Assembly: GCF_009834535.1 (NCBI RefSeq)
Contig: NC_045697.1
Coordinates: 118,236,001 to 118,300,000, forward strand
Origin: Camelus ferus
Taxonomy: Eukaryota
DNA: 64,000 nt
Reading direction: 5' to 3'
This document shows, one piece after another, positions 63,851 to 64,000 of this stretch. The translations under genes were made by a program, and so were the position numbers. The notes beneath the pieces are model-generated. The model was not told the origin of the DNA. It did no database searches and saw only the letters and a list, made by a program, of their open reading frames with translations. Within the stretch, counting starts at the first letter, position 1. Each line of letters starts with the position of its first letter.

Positions 63851-64000
63851 TCTGACTTTTGAGCATTAAGCAGAACGTCGACCCTGGAGTGTGAGAGCTG
63901 CTTTTCATTTTTATGGACTACATCCACATTCACGTAACGATGAGGACAAGAATGGATTGAAAGTTTATGATGAATGATTGTTATTTTACTGTCAGTGAAC

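Noticed and set aside
1..64000. CRISPR arrays, operons, numts, non-retroviral endogenous viral genes, rRNA/snRNA copies
   Set aside because: None seen by eye: no repeat-spacer arrays, no long ORFs and no recognisable structural RNA. Highly diverged copies could be missed without a database search.

Overview
Mammalian genomic DNA, most likely a camelid (Camelus/Vicugna/Lama), judged from seven copies of a tRNA-Ala(AGC)-derived SINE matching the camelid Vic-1 type and from artiodactyl-type L1 3' ends. I cannot support any intact protein-coding gene or structural RNA gene here. The window reads as intergenic or deep-intronic sequence dense in retroposons (L1, L2, MIR, SINE, MaLR and ERV1 LTRs), a few hAT-Charlie fossils and microsatellites, separated by unique blocks with clustered regulatory motifs. 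The only ORFs with recognisable protein similarity are transposon fossils (L1 ORF2 N- and C-terminal pieces, MaLR internal). The best observations are a twin-primed inverted L1 whose priming microhomology is visible in the TSD, an apparent inversion within MaLR internal sequence, a CpG-rich block with a near-consensus CTCF site, candidate enhancers (RFX X-box, NF-E2/ARE, perfect DR1), a MER41-like solo LTR and a 21-bp motif shared by two unique blocks 49 kb apart. I found no convincing new biological system. Repeat family names are from recalled consensus sequences and boundaries are approximate unless a TSD is cited.
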